A DNA stretch of 64,000 nucleotides from Nemertoderma westbladi (GCA_032718475.1 JAUCBJ010006256.1:1-64000), one strand, 5' to 3'. Shown: positions 39,436 to 52,745, counted from the first letter of the stretch. Notes: generated by a model from the letters alone, not told the origin. Made by a program: numbers and translations.

Positions 39436-42260
39436 GTTTTTTATTCTTCCTTTCCATATAGCTTACAAAATTGCACATATGGATGAAGATGATATTATGG
39501 AAAGAGAGAACAGGGCAGCGACTAATAGCAGAGCTAGTGGTTGCCACTACCCTAGGTTAAGGTGGTGGTAAGAGATTACGGGATGGGAAGGGGAGTGGGG
39601 GGGGGGGGGACCCTGGTATAGCATTCCAGATGGAATGGCCTTGAAAACTCATGGAACGTTGTCTGGACGACAGTCTTGCAAGAGGGGTATAGAAATTGCG
39701 ATTACAAGCTGCTCGGGTATTGCAGTTGTAAATTGTCGATGTTTTAGAAAATAGTTCACCAAGTTCAGAGTTGGAAGGATTAGAGTTGGCATGAATGTCA
39801 AACATAAATAGAGATACTTGTAGCTTAAACATTAGGTCGAGAGGGAGTATATTGAGCTGTTTGTAGAGTGGTTTAGAGGAAGCTTGAGAGTTACTGAAGG
39901 TGATGCAACGGAGAAACTTATTTAGTTTAGTGCGTAGCGTTTTTAGTGTAGTTGAATGAGTGCTGCCCCAGAGAAGAAGTCCATAAAGCAGATATGGAAT
40001 GAATTAGAGTATAGTATAGCTGGCGGAGGATATGAAGAGGGAAAATATATCTGAGTTTGTAGAAGAGTCCTGCTGTTTTGGATATTTTCTTGACGAATGT
40101 TGAATGTGGGTGTTCCAGGAGAGTTTATTGTCAACCCATATACCGAGCAATTTTGTATGGCTTGCGAATTTGATTGGTTTATTCTGGATTGATATAGTCG
40201 GCAGATTAGTCTGGTAAGTTATAGAGTTGGAAAATATAGTATTATTTAGTTAAGTTCAGGGAAAGACAGTTATCAGTGAGCCAATTAGCAATCTTATCCA
40301 GTTCAGTATTAGTATCCGTCAGTAGATCATAGATATTTGACTGGGATTGTAAAAGTGTAGTGTCGTCTGCAAAAAGCATGGAGAGTAGCTGTGAGGGGTT
40401 GGGGAGATCATTTATATATAATAGAAAGATGATGGGAGACAGAGTAGACCCTTGGGGAACTCCAGATGTTAGAGGGAGAAGAGAATATCGGAAGCTTTCA
40501 ATAGATACGAATTGTAATCTAGATGATAAGAAACTAGAAATTAGTTGAAGCGGTAGACCACGAATTCCATAGGAGTTTAGCTTAGATAATAGGATTTTAT
40601 GGTCTAGAGTATCGAAAGCTTTCTCTTAAGGTCAATGTAAATCGAACAAGTAGACATTTTGTCATCTAGGGCTTGGTAGATTTGGTAATTATTAGTCAAT
40701 TAGTCATTATTCGTAGCAGAGTTAGGATTGAGATGTAGGATATTATAGTGTACCTCAACCGGGGAAGTTTTCAGCAGAGAAAATGAGTTAGGACTAGTAT
40801 GATTGACATAGCGTAGGGGGGAACGACTAGATTTAGGTACATATATCACTAGCAAGTGTAGAACCAATGGAAGAAAAGTGTTCATTCAGGATATTAGCAA
40901 TGTGAGTTGGGTCTGTTATAGTCTCCGTTGCATCTCCAGTACGTAAGATAAGTTTCTTGGGTGAATTTAGTTGGCGAGAGTTGTTAAGTGCGGTGTTTAT
41001 AATTAACCAGGTTTTGCGTAGGTTATTAGAATTTTTAGCAAACTGAGTAGAGTAGTATAATTTTTGTGCTGCTTGTATACTTGCAGTTAGTGTGTTACTG
41101 TATTGTTTGAAATTATTGTGATTAGATACTGTAGGATTTTTTATATAAGTACGATACAGTATATTCTTTTTTATTGTGCAGTTTATAAGGTTGCCTGTCA
41201 TCCACGGTTTTCTAGGTATTTTTTTGAAAGGTATACGTTTTTTTGGAACATGTTTGGAACATAGTTTGGTTAGGTCGTCAAAAAAGATGTCAAATTTCTC
41301 ACCACTAGGGATTGAACGTGAGGTGTAAGACCACGTGGAAGAATTTTGTATGTCTTGTAATAGATGTTTAGATTTAAATTTTTAAAAGTCAAATATTTCA
41401 CGGTTTTTAGGTTTATTAAAGTAGCATGAGTAACGTTGGAAAACTGTGAAGCAAGGAAAGTGGTCGGAGGTGCCAATTAGAGATTGAAAGACTCCCGGGG
41501 AAGAAAACGAAGTCGTGATATTAGTTATTATATATGGTCAATTGTAGTTTCCGAGTAAGGTGTTACTCGAGTAGGACTAGATATTAGTGGCAGAAACCCA
41601 TACGAATTGAGGAGGCCAGTATATTGTCGAGAGCGGGTAGTTACTTTAAAGAGGTCAATGTTCATGTCGCCAGTTAGAATGACGTCATATTTATTATTAG
41701 ATAGTGAGAGTAGCATGTTGTCTAGCTTGGAGAGAAATGTATCAATGTGAACAGGTTCCGGGCGGTAGATAGTTCCAATAACAACAGATCTGTTATGTGG
41801 ACGTTTTATTTCTATCCATGAGTTTTCTAGACCGGCTACTTTTAGATCTTTACGGTCTGTTTATGTAAACGGCAGATCCACCTCTATGTAATCTGCCCGT
41901 TGTACGATTATCCAGAAATGGGCCGTAATAATCTGGAATTATATATTGGTCTAGGAGGTCGTCATCTGATATGAAAGTCTCAGTTAGAGTAATAATGTCG
42001 AATGTATGTTTGAGGGTTAGGAGATAGTCCGTCAAAGCAGATAGGTTAGCATTTAGACTCCTACAGTTTAGGTTAAATACCGTTAGTTCGTTTCTAGAGT
42101 CTGGACAGTTATTGTAACTAGATTTTGAGAATTCATCATTGAAACGTTTTTCAGTGTAGTAGCCTTTATCAGAGTTTAAGTTTGTTATATTGTTGTTATG
42201 GTCTACGTGACTGAAAGTTTGTCCAAAGTTTGAGAAGTCTCAAGTACATCTTCAGATGAC
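39436..42260 (-). mobile_element. Decayed CR1-like LINE ORF2 (APE endonuclease + RT) with 3' UTR
   Basis: FNLNCRSL, DIITLTETF, GDMNIDL and PTRVT..TTIDHI (APE); KAFDTLDH, GVPQGSTL and FADDT (RT); post-RT TIYNCNTR; many stops and a deletion near 40700. Confidence 0.92.
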
Positions 42261-42292
42261 TGTGGTTTGACCTCGAAGATATCTTTGTGGGG

Positions 42293-42357
42293 CGAGACAC
42301 GTATGGCGAGCCATCAGCGAACTGATATAATTATACTATGGCCGTTTTTCAAAAGTC

Positions 42358-42391
<34 letters not shown>

Positions 42392-42855
42392 GGAAGCCAT
42401 AAATGTCGGAAGCCATAATCGAAGTTTATATCTTCAGCTAAATTGTATGGTTGAGTCATTTTGAACGGTCTCTCCATGGAAATTAATTACTTAGCACCAT
42501 ACAATTAAAGTTATTTTGCACAGAAATTAGATATCTGGAATCCATGTACCCCATTCCATTATAGTTTTTTATTTTTTCAAGTGATTTGCGTTAATAAATG
42601 TATTTTTAATTGATTTAAACATAATTAACATTGTAAATTCATACGCTGATTCCATTCTCCCCCATAGAGCCTAAGGCATGGCAAGGGCAGCCGTGCCCAA
42701 TAATATTTCTTGAAGTTTTACATTACTAACATTGCAAGCTAAAGTCTTTGACCAAGCCAGTGCCTATGCTAGTACACAAGGACATAGTAGTCCAGTAGAA
42801 GGAATAGTGCTCCTTCAATACAGTACATCTCAACAGACATCAATTCATTTTCCTG
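42293..42855 (+). repeat. ~560-bp block directly duplicated at 43975-44513; begins like a HINE-type element with (GT)n
   Basis: GAGACACGTATGGCGAGCCATCAGCGAAC...CAATTCATTT near-identical in both copies. Confidence 0.9.
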
Positions 42856-43974
42856 GTGTTCGGACACTTCCCCCCCGGACACTTGCCCCCCGGACACTTC
42901 CCTCCCGGACAGTTCCCCCCCGCTCAAGTAGGACACTTCCCCCCCGGACACTTCCCCCCCAGACACTTCCCCCCCGCGGACACTTCCCCCCCGACTGTTC
43001 TTAACTTCGCACATTCGTATTTTTCATTTTGTAAGGTAAACGGACCGCTTGTATCCAGATAAGTTGTATCCAATTTTCCTTTCGTAGCTCAGAAAGTGAT
43101 CTTTTGCATCCCGATTTTACATTTTATATCCAAGTTTTATTTATGGGTTTTATCAATGCAATTACATCGTATTGTTTGCTAATCTTTAAACAATTAATTA
43201 TATTAGATGACCTATAAATTCCATCCCCGGAATGATATACTGTTTTTATTAACTATAGAATTATAATAATTAATTGTTTTAATTATAGGTATTATTATGT
43301 AATAATAGTCTTCTTTAAATTGTAGCAGATGGGGATGAATTATTATTGTTGCAATCAAAATTATACCTCTCCAGGGTAAAATCGACATGCGTCGACCTGT
43401 ATTCTGTGTTCAGCATTACATATTGATATACATATTACTACTATACATACTATATAGATATTATACACACTACATATTAAATTTCCTGGTTACTTGCAAT
43501 ATTTTTAATAGGGTTTTGTTGAATTATATAATATTGTAGTAATTTATATATTAAATTGGTTAACATTCAATACAGCTCCTACTTTAGGCTTAGTCAATTT
43601 ATTATCTGATGATACAAACATGAATTAAATATTTCAAAGTGGTCTTAAGTCTTTCACCACGGGCTCTCAGGGAAATGCCGGGGTCTGGGGGCGATAACCC
43701 CCAAGAAAAGAAGCGGGTATTTAACCTGAATAATTTTAATTGGGGGCTGCCGCCCCCAATTAAAAGAAATTAAAAGAATTAAAGGAATTCAAAGAAACAC
43801 AAACAAAACGTTTCTTTTATAATTTTGAAAAAACTTGTCTAGATACAACTTGTCCTGTAACCATCTTTAACTTTTGTTTATTGCTTTGATGCACCCAGAT
43901 TAATTTTAACACTTTAACTGGGGGGGAAGTGTCCGGGGGGCAAGTGTCCGAGGGGGAAGTGTCCGGGGGGGAAG
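42855..43974. mobile_element. MITE with CGGACACTTCCCCCC subterminal repeats; right end truncated
   Basis: Left arrays of CGGACACTTCCCCCC; right arrays of GGGGGAAGTGTCCG. Confidence 0.8.
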
Positions 43975-44704
43975 GAGACACGTATGGCGAGCCATCAGCG
44001 AACTTATATAATTATACTTTGGCCGTTTTTCAAAAGTCTGTGTGTGTGTGTGTCGGAAGCCATAAATGTCGGAAGCCATAATCGAAGTTAATATCTTCAG
44101 CTAAATTGTATGGTTGAGTCATTTTGAACGGTCTCTCCATGGAAATTAATTGTTTAGCACCATACGATTAAAGTTATTTTGCACAGAAATTAGATATCTG
44201 GAATCCATGTACCCCATTCCATTATAGTTTTTTATTTTTTCAAGTGATTTGCGTTAATAAATGTATTTTTAATTGATTTAAACATAATTAACATTGTAAA
44301 TTCATACGCTGATTCCATTCTCCCCCATAGAGCCTAAGGCATGGCAAGGGCAGCCGTGCCCAATAATATTTCTTGAAGTTTTACATTAGTAACATTTCAA
44401 GCTAAAGTCTTTGACCAAGCCAGTGCCTAGGCTAGTACACAAGGACATAGTAGTCCAGTAGAAGGAACAGTGCTCCTTCAATACATCTCAAAAGACATCA
44501 ATTCATTTGCCTGTGCCTACCAACGCGTGCTCCATAACATAACATATATTCTTGATTTCCATCACCTCTCACCACAATTATTATTAGTAATTAAAAGTTT
44601 CAATTCGGTTTGTCTTTCCGTTATCTGGTTATTCAGTTATTGCATTATTAATAAATAAATGTTTTAAAATACATCTTACGAAATATGGTTAATAATTAAA
44701 ACTT

Positions 44705-45107
44705 GTCGCTAACATTCTCGCTATGGGGGTTTTAAGGAGTGCTGATTACATTTCTGATGTCAGTTTTCACGTTTACATAAATCTAGTCTGTCTGTCTGTC
44801 GGTCATTCTGTCAGTCAGTCTGTCAAAACATAAAAGAGAATTCAAATTAACTAACATTCTCGCTATGGGGGTTTTAAGGGGTGCTGATTTCATTTCTGAT
44901 GTCAGTTTTCAGGTTTACATAAATCTAGTCTGTCTGTTTGTCGGTCTTTCTGTCAATCAGTCAGTCTGTCAAAACTTAAAAAAGTATACAAACTAACTAA
45001 CATTCTCGTTATGGGGGTTTTAATGGGTGCTGATTTTATTTCAGATGTCAGTTTTCACGTTTGAAAAAATCTAGTCTGTCTGTCTATCGGTCTCTCTGTC
45101 AGTCTGA
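44705..45107 (+). repeat. ~145-bp tandem repeat x3 with (GTCT/GTCA)n; HINE-like interior
   Basis: AACATTCTCGCTATGGGGGTTTTAAGGGGTGCTGATT.. repeated at ~44711, ~44853 and ~44999. Confidence 0.85.
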
Positions 45108-45249
45108 ACTTCTGTACTGTGGTTGGCATAACGCCATATACCTAACACTAATAATACAGTCTACAATACAGCCTATCTACAGTACAGAACGGATTTTTTG
45201 CCATGAAGAGCAATAAATGTCATTAATACTATCCACCAGTATACCTACT

Positions 45250-45354
45250 CCAAGAGCCTCCCAATAAAACATGTATTCCAGCATGACGTCCACTGCACGT
45301 CTTCGTGCTGTCCATGGTGACGTGCAGTGGACGTCATAGGCTCTAAGGGGTTAA
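45250..45354. mobile_element. TTAA-MITE end with a perfect 19-bp hairpin
   Basis: ATGACGTCCACTGCACGTC / GACGTGCAGTGGACGTCAT, followed by AAGGGG|TTAA. Confidence 0.5.
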
Positions 45355-45889
45355 GCAACACGGTCCCTACTTCGCCCTGTCGACACCCCAGCCATTTTTC
45401 ACCAATCCTTTTTTAGAGTTTTTTTTATTTTTTTGGTATTGGTGAAAGTTCTACAACATTAGTAGATATGTTTTTATGATAGCTAGTATTTTTTTAAATT
45501 ATAAAAAATGTTAAAGTCCATGATATTTCAGGTTAAACTGTTGAAGAATATATTAATGACCAAAATAATTTCCAAAAATTACTAGCTAGTAAAAAATACT
45601 AGCTATATACCATAAAAAAATCTACTAAGGTTCTAGAACATTCACTAATATAAAAAAGCACTCAATATCACAAAAAAATAAAGGTTAAAAAAACTCATTC
45701 CGGACCCTTTTGCTTAAGGAGTCAAAATTGTAGAACAAATTCCCGAAATTTGCGACGTTTGCGAAATTTGTGAAGAATCCGTCAGTTTCTGTGCCCTAAT
45801 GGGTTCGTGACGAAACAATCAAATCTTACACTACTGAATTTAAAAATGTATATAGATTGCAACTTATATTTGGCTACAAACTATTTTTC

Positions 45890-46140
45890 ACCTTCGTATA
45901 CTTTTCCAACCAACCAACTATATGTTTCACTTGTACAAGTACACCCCTCTTTAATATATGGCATTTCTAATCTTGGGCATCCCCATTTTTCTACCCTGCA
46001 TATAACCCCCACTACATAGAAAAATATATAAACTCTGCTGAATTACTTTCTCACACTAACCGATCTTTTTCTAAACCTATCTATAAGTCTCTCGGCATTC
46101 TACCTATTGACCTCCTCTATAAGCACCAAGTAGGATCCCT
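45890..46140 (+). mobile_element. CR1-like post-RT fragment
   Basis: QLYVSLV..PSLIYGI resembles the LINE C-terminal region and the 39.8-40.0 kb copy. Confidence 0.5.
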
Positions 46141-46719
46141 CATGTATTATCAATCTTCAATCAATGTTTTGATTGTATACAATCTTGGAAATTGTTGAAG
46201 AAAAATGAATTGAAATTGAAGTGTCTTTTATCAGACGTTTCAAGAATGTGAATGGTGGCTGATCGTCACGTATACTCACACCATTCGTTTGCCATAGAAC
46301 CAGATAACACGCAGACTTCAGTTCTAGGATGGCAAAGAAAATGGCAGGCAAGATTTACCCAAAGTACCTGCTGGGGGTATTGGGATTACCAGTCTCTACT
46401 TAGAGTCTCTGTACAGTCTCATATTGTTAAATGGCATTGAATTTTATGACATGAACACTGCGCAACATCCTGATATTTTGTATTATGAGTCTTCTGCAGT
46501 AATAATAGCCCAATGCAAAATGGACTACTTTTTTTTGCAGCACAAGCTATACTGCTGCCCGGAATAAACTCACCTCCAGAGAGGGTTTGATTCAAGGAGC
46601 TTTCCAAACCATTCCTCATAGCTTATACACCAGTACGTAATATAGAAATTTGACATTAGTATACACATATTATACAATACAATCATCCGGAATTCATCGT
46701 CCCGGCGGATTTATTAAGT

Positions 46720-47960
46720 AAAATTTAAGATTAAATTGCAAGGGACAAAATCGTACACTTATAAAATGCAAGCACCGATTACAGTTAAATTATTATTAAA
46801 ATTATACTTATAGCATGTATTTCTTATTACCTTTTAATTAATATTAAAGTATTCTAAAACTCGCACGTGCTTTTGTTTAAAATTCAGACCCGACACGCTA
46901 TATGTCAATTTAATAAACGACACAGTTAGTAATTCCTGCCATGTTAGAACCCCTGGCCCTATTCCTGATTTGATACATTTCTTGCTGTACAGTCCATTCA
47001 GCAAATTTATCAGTGATGGTATCGGAAAGTTTGCGAACGCCGACTTGAACGAACTTCCCAGACCTTGATATTTATGTTTCTTATTTTCTTGTAGTAATAT
47101 TAACAATAGGTTTTGAATTCTTTGGTTTGAACAGCTCGCTATTCGCATAATGACCGCAACAATTTCGCGGAAAATTTGCATTCGAAGATGCATTGTTTTT
47201 GTGAGTTGGTGGATAACCTGATTATTCGCATAACAACCTAAGTGCAAAAGCCCACGTAGAATCTTTCTGTATGTGACGTCCACCCCTTCTTTGTCCTGTT
47301 CAGAGAGACCTCATACATAAAATCTCGTGCTGTATAAAATCTTTGGCAAAGCGTATGACGTCCAAAGCTTCGCTATCGTATCTAGGCTAAACCACTCAGG
47401 GGTCCAACTAAGGCGGTGAAACTCGTTCGCAATTCCATACAATATGCTATCTATTTCTCCCCTCAGGTTGTCTGAACTGGAAAACAACTTAACTCCAAGA
47501 AATTTGATTTGTTCGCAGGGTTTCATTAGTTTTCCATTGATTTCTAGCACATTCGATTCTTTTTGTTGACTCGATATACTAATCCATTTAGTTTTTGTCT
47601 CCTCCATCTCCAGATCTATGTTGGAAGCACCATCCTTTAATATGGTGGCCAGACGTGTGATATCGGCCTTGTCCATTGCATGCCAGGAGTAGATAGTCGT
47701 CTGCATAGCAAACTGCGCCTAACCACATTGTTGCTATCGTACATCCAATTTGTGACTCCTCCATTGCGTACATGATATCTGATGTATAAAAGTTGAAAAG
47801 TAGAGGCGACAATATTGATCCCTGTTTGACCCCGTTAGATACTGTGAAACCTTTGATGTCTAACTGATTACCAAATTTACAAAACATTTCTGTTACTTCG
47901 TAATAATTCATTAACAATAGTGTTGTGAAAGGGTGTGAAAGGGAAATATTACGCATGGCA
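46720..47960 (-). mobile_element. Decayed LINE RT + C-terminus (RTE-X-like)
   Basis: GVKQGSILSPLLFNFY, AVCYADDYLL, IKFLGV, LPKILY. Confidence 0.85.
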
Positions 47961-48021
47961 TTAGTATTTCCAGTTTCGGATAACTTATTTTACCTTCCCA
48001 ATCTATATATTTGCAGGAAAG

Positions 48022-48210
48022 ATGCAACTACAACATATAATAATCGTTGTTCTGCTGTTCGTTGTATTGAGTGTTGATGGGAAGACACTTTTACGGGATA
48101 GGAGAAATAATCATGCCATTTCCACTACTGTGAAAGCAGCAGTCGGAAAAAATAATGAACAAGCAATTCTAAATGGATTCCATAGCAACGGAGCATGGCC
48201 ATCAGGTTAA
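48022..48210 (+). CDS. Candidate small secreted peptide precursor or first coding exon
   Basis: TTTGCAG acceptor just upstream of the ATG; MQLQHIIIVVLLFVVLSVDG hydrophobic signal-like N-terminus; dibasic RR; GK; C-terminal Gly before TAA. Confidence 0.45.
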   Translation: MQLQHIIIVVLLFVVLSVDGKTLLRDRRNNHAISTTVKAAVGKNNEQAILNGFHSNGAWPSG

Positions 48211-48789
48211 ATGGTAGAAATGGTCAACAAAATTCTTGTAATAATATCAATAATCTAAAAAAACTATTACGGTGGTGGGATAAATTATTTTAGGAGGATT
48301 TTTTTTTTGGCAATATCACTGAAATTATATTATTAGATTAAAATGGCTATGGGTAAGTGATTACTGCAATAATATCAGTATTCTGTCTGGTCAAATCGAG
48401 GCATAACAGTGCAGTAGTGGTGGGTTTTTTTTTGTAATGACAGGAGGAAAATGGCGGTTTTAAATAGTAGTACAGGCTCGACAGCCTATGACCCTGTAGG
48501 CATTTTTTATATGATGGAGCTACCCCACAAAGATTCTTAGTTCGGATATGGGACATTTGGGTAGACTTCACCAAACGGTTGCGCTGGTTTTTTGCAGGGT
48601 CTTAAACATAACAACTGAGGAAATTACCATAGCAACAGCTCTTATAGTAGATAATGACGAGTTAAAATATATGGAAGATCACTATTTTGAATGCTACCAT
48701 TCTGCTACCACTATGGCAGCAATGTGGTACTACCTGGTACGAGGTACTACTTGGTTAGCCCAGTAGGGCAGGCCCAATACGCACCAGTA

Positions 48790-50250
48790 TCCTATTCATT
48801 ATTTAGTTAATCAAGAGTGGGTTGGTTTTAGCCCCATCAACTAAATAAGTCATCGAAGGCTATAGCATCTAGGGCACCATTGAAGGAAAGGCTAGAGTAC
48901 GCATCTGCAATAGAGATGATATATGCCACGCTCTGTCTATAGTGGATGCTCCTCTGCCAGTGCTAGCTCAGGAGGCACACTTGGTTCAGGTTGTAACAAA
49001 AGGACCCCTAGAGTCGGCAGCAAGGCTGTAGGCCATGGATAGACTGAAGGTAATCAACTAATGGCTAGACATGCTGACAAGGTCGGTGGAAGGTAATCAT
49101 CCAACGGCGACCTACTGTGAAGATGCTTATAGGAGTTGTGACCACAAGTGGTTTACTCTCGCAACTGAAAGATATGAGTATGAGAACCCTCCAGGAGAAA
49201 TACCAGCTCAGTCGTTGCCCGGGTCAACAAGGACCGTGTCCCTCAGTGGTACACCAGGCTGGGGTCGATAATTCGGCTACTGGAACAGAAGACAGAGAAG
49301 AAAGAAGAACCAACCTGTTGAAATGTAAAACGACACTCAAGATTGCTACAATGAATGCACGAAAGCACATAACAAACAGGGTGACATGGTCGCTCTGGCA
49401 ATGGAATATAACATCGACATCATTTGCATCCAAGAACATCGGATTTGTCATGAAGACACTGCCATGAAGTACAATGACATTGGAAATGGATGGACGTTAG
49501 TATCAAGCTCAGCAGAAAGAAACTCGGCCAATGCATCAATTGGTGGAGTAGGAATTCTGCTAAGCCCTTTTGCACTTAAGACCCTAAACAAGATCGAATC
49601 TATAAATTCCAGAATTATGATCGCAACATTTGATGGGAATCCCAAGACAACAGTTATATGTTGCTACAGTCCAACCAATGCCTCAGAGCCAGAATCAGCA
49701 GTCAAGTTTTATGAAGATCTGACTGGACTTATAAAGGACATTCCAAACATAATGTTAAAGTCATTGCTGGTGACCTGAATGCGCAAATTGGCCCAGAAGA
49801 CATCAAGGGTTACACCTATAACACCAGTTCTAACAGAAATGGGTACTTACTTTTAGACCTAATGGAAGAATGTGAATTGATACCAACAAACACCACATTC
49901 GAAGAGAGTAAGGTGAAGCTATGGACCTTTCAATATCCTAATGGAACTAAAGCACAACTGGATTACATCCTTATAAACAAAAAGTGGAGAAACAGCATGA
50001 TCAACTGCGAGGCATACAGCTCGTTCAACCTGATTAGTTCGGCTCAGTTTGAGAGCCAGCAAACCCAGGACAAGCAAGCAAATCAACTATGACTGGGAGA
50101 AACTCAGAACTGACAATGCTGTAAAGGATGCTTATACAGTAGAAGTTCAAAATCGCTTTGAAGCACTTCAGTCAAATGGATGAAGACCAGTCCACCGATT
50201 CAATATACCAGAATATAATAAAAGCCCCCAAGGAATCAGCTAAGACGCAT
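48790..50250 (+). mobile_element. 5' part of an RTE-clade LINE (leader + APE endonuclease)
   Basis: LKIATMNAR, IDIICIQEHR, GGVGILLS, CYSPTN, GDLNAQIG, WTFQYPNG..QLDYILINKKWRNS. Confidence 0.9.
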
Positions 50251-50254
50251 GCAT

Positions 50255-51415
50255 ATTTTTTGTTACACTTCAACACCCTGATTCCGACCCTGATATTTTC
50301 AAAATATTTTGCTGGTGCCTTTTTCTTAAAATTACTAAATAAATTAGTAATACTATTTATAATAATGCTATATATATTATAAAAACATAGCATTTTTCGA
50401 GAAAAATCTATCAACCTGATTCCGATTCTGTTAATTGTCTTCAGAGTCTTCACTGTTATCAGTGTCTTTTAGAGTAATTAATTAAATTAAATATTAAATA
50501 TATTAATATTATATTAGCAAATCAGTGTCTTTTAGAGTAATTAATTAAATTAAATATTAAATATATTAATATTATATTATCAAAATGGGTAATATATTTA
50601 ATTGTAGTGAATATCCACTTACCGTACTGCTATTGCATTGATATTAGTATCATTCGAACCGCAATGGTCGATTTAGTGGGGGTAGACACCATCAAAACAA
50701 TGGTCGAGTTGTTGCTTCTCGGGATATCGGTCAAAATGTGAGCGCGATTCACATAAATGAGCACATAACTTCAGCAATTTAATATCAATATATCACGATA
50801 TCACTAAAAATATCAATTTTTTTATACTACTATTGCTTTGATGGAGTCTACAACTACTACTTCGACCATTGCGGTTCAAATAAGCATATTCCCTAAGTCT
50901 GTTATTTATGTGGAAGTCTGATTTTTAGTGATATGGTGATATATTGCATTAACTTGCTTATACCTTAGTGTAAGTTAAGATAAGTCAGCGCTCACATTTT
51001 GACCGATATCTCGAGAAGTACTAACTCTACCATTGTTTTGATGATGTCAACACCCACTAAATCCCACCAAATTATACTAATATCAGTGCAATAGGAGTAT
51101 GAGAAGTTGATATTCACTACATTGAGTATTAGGCAGTTCTGCTATATAATATTAATAAATTTAATATTAATTTAGAATATTATTACTCTAAAATACACCG
51201 ACGAAATATTATAAAATTAAGAGATTCTGAACCAGGTTAATTAAAAGTCTCGAAAAATGCTATAATTTGGACTGGGCATTTTTTCTAATTTATATAGCAT
51301 TATTATATATAGTATTACTAATTTATTTCGTAATTTTAAGAAAAAGACACTGGCAAAAGATTTTGAAAATATCATTTTGGGAATGAGGGCGTTGAAGTGC
51401 CCCAAAAAATGAAAT
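50255..51415. mobile_element. ~1.15-kb foldback non-autonomous DNA transposon
   Basis: The two halves are diverged inverted repeats, e.g. GATATCGGTCAAAATGTGAGCGC (50722) versus GCGCTCACATTTTGACCGATATC (50988), and CACTTCAAC..TTTTCTTAAAATTAC versus its inverse at 51330-51400. Confidence 0.8.
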
Positions 51416-51460
51416 CAGTTTGGCCGGGCATTCTTCTTTTATAAAAAGTTGGTTCAGCCC

Positions 51461-52745
51461 CTACTACTACTACTACTAGGATCGGCATGCTGCATTGCAG
51501 CTGCATTTTTAAGAATGTTGTGCCGGCTAGTCAACGAAATTTCACCGCCACAACTCCCTATCACCCATGACATTTGCTAGATCATCCGCATCTTCAAGGC
51601 CAGTGTCCTTTAAGATGCGTCTCAAGAAAGTCATGGGCTGTCCACCATGCTTATTCACTCCATGAGGCTGCCAAAGTACAAGATTATGCACTGGCTGGTC
51701 ATCACGGCGAAAGCAATGTCCTGCAAAGCGGAGGCGATTTTGTTCTAGTGTCAAGCTTGGGGGAACCAATGAGACACCTCCAATGTTATATAGTGTCTGG
51801 TTGGAGATGTGTGCATTCTACTTGACACAATGAACCCGGCGTAGCATTCTTGTGAATGTGCCATCCAGAGATTTGGTGTCCACAGCAGTTAGAGCCCAGC
51901 ATGGAGTCCCGTAGAGGAGTACTGGAACTACTGCTGCTCTAAATAATCGGACCTTAAGTTTCCGATTAATTCTCGTTGACTTCCAAATCCTAAAAAGCCT
52001 ATTCAAGGCTGCCCATGCCTTTCCCTTACGTATTCGAAGGTCCTTACCTGACTTCCGGATCCATGATTCCAGGTAACAGAAGTCATCCACATGCTCAAGC
52101 CTACCATCTTTTGAGCTTATGCTCATCCGATCAGAGACTTGCTGAGGACTTTCAAAGTTAACTGTCAAAATTTTGGTCTTTCTGGAGTTAATAAAAAGAC
52201 CAACACTAGAAGCAGCATGTTCTAATGAGGTGAGGAGCCGTCCCTCTAGTGATTCTGAAAGTACTCCTAATTCATCAGCAAAGTCTAGATCAGTTAGATA
52301 CTCGGCAGGATTTCCTCGACTTCTGGAGCCAGTAGGTGGGGTTATCATCACCCCATCATTATTATGATGATCTAAGGACATGCGTAGAACATAGTCAACA
52401 ACAATTATGAACAAGAATGGTGCAAGTGTGTCTCCCTGGAGGACGCCCCATAACACTGCAAATGGTTCTGTGTCACCGTCAACAGTAGACACTAATGTTG
52501 TCGAACCATCGTATACTGATCTGATTGCTGCAATAATTTCATCAGGAATCTATCATTTCATCATGAAAGTATGCTGAACATACGTGAGCGAGAGACTGAA
52601 TCAAAGGCCTTGAAGAAGTCAACAAAGATAACAGCCAGATGCCTGTCTTTCTTTTTTGATAATTCTTCAATTATCCTTCTAAGTGCCAAAATGGGCTCCA
52701 TGGTACCACGACCTCTACGGAACCCATTCTCATTTCCACGGAGCC
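51461..52745 (-). mobile_element. RTE-clade LINE, RT to (TAG)n tail; best-preserved copy
   Basis: GFRRGRGT, FVDFFKAFDSV, GVLQGDTLAP, DLDFADE, LLYG, RLRFAGHC; tail at 51461-51478. Confidence 0.93.

Noticed and set aside
46150-46620. Possible host exon
   Set aside because: Stops in all frames over short distances, with no convincing splice pair or motif.
48800-49100. HDV-like ribozyme at the RTE 5' end
   Set aside because: Known for some RTEs, but I could not assemble the nested double pseudoknot by eye; needs an RNArobo/Infernal search.
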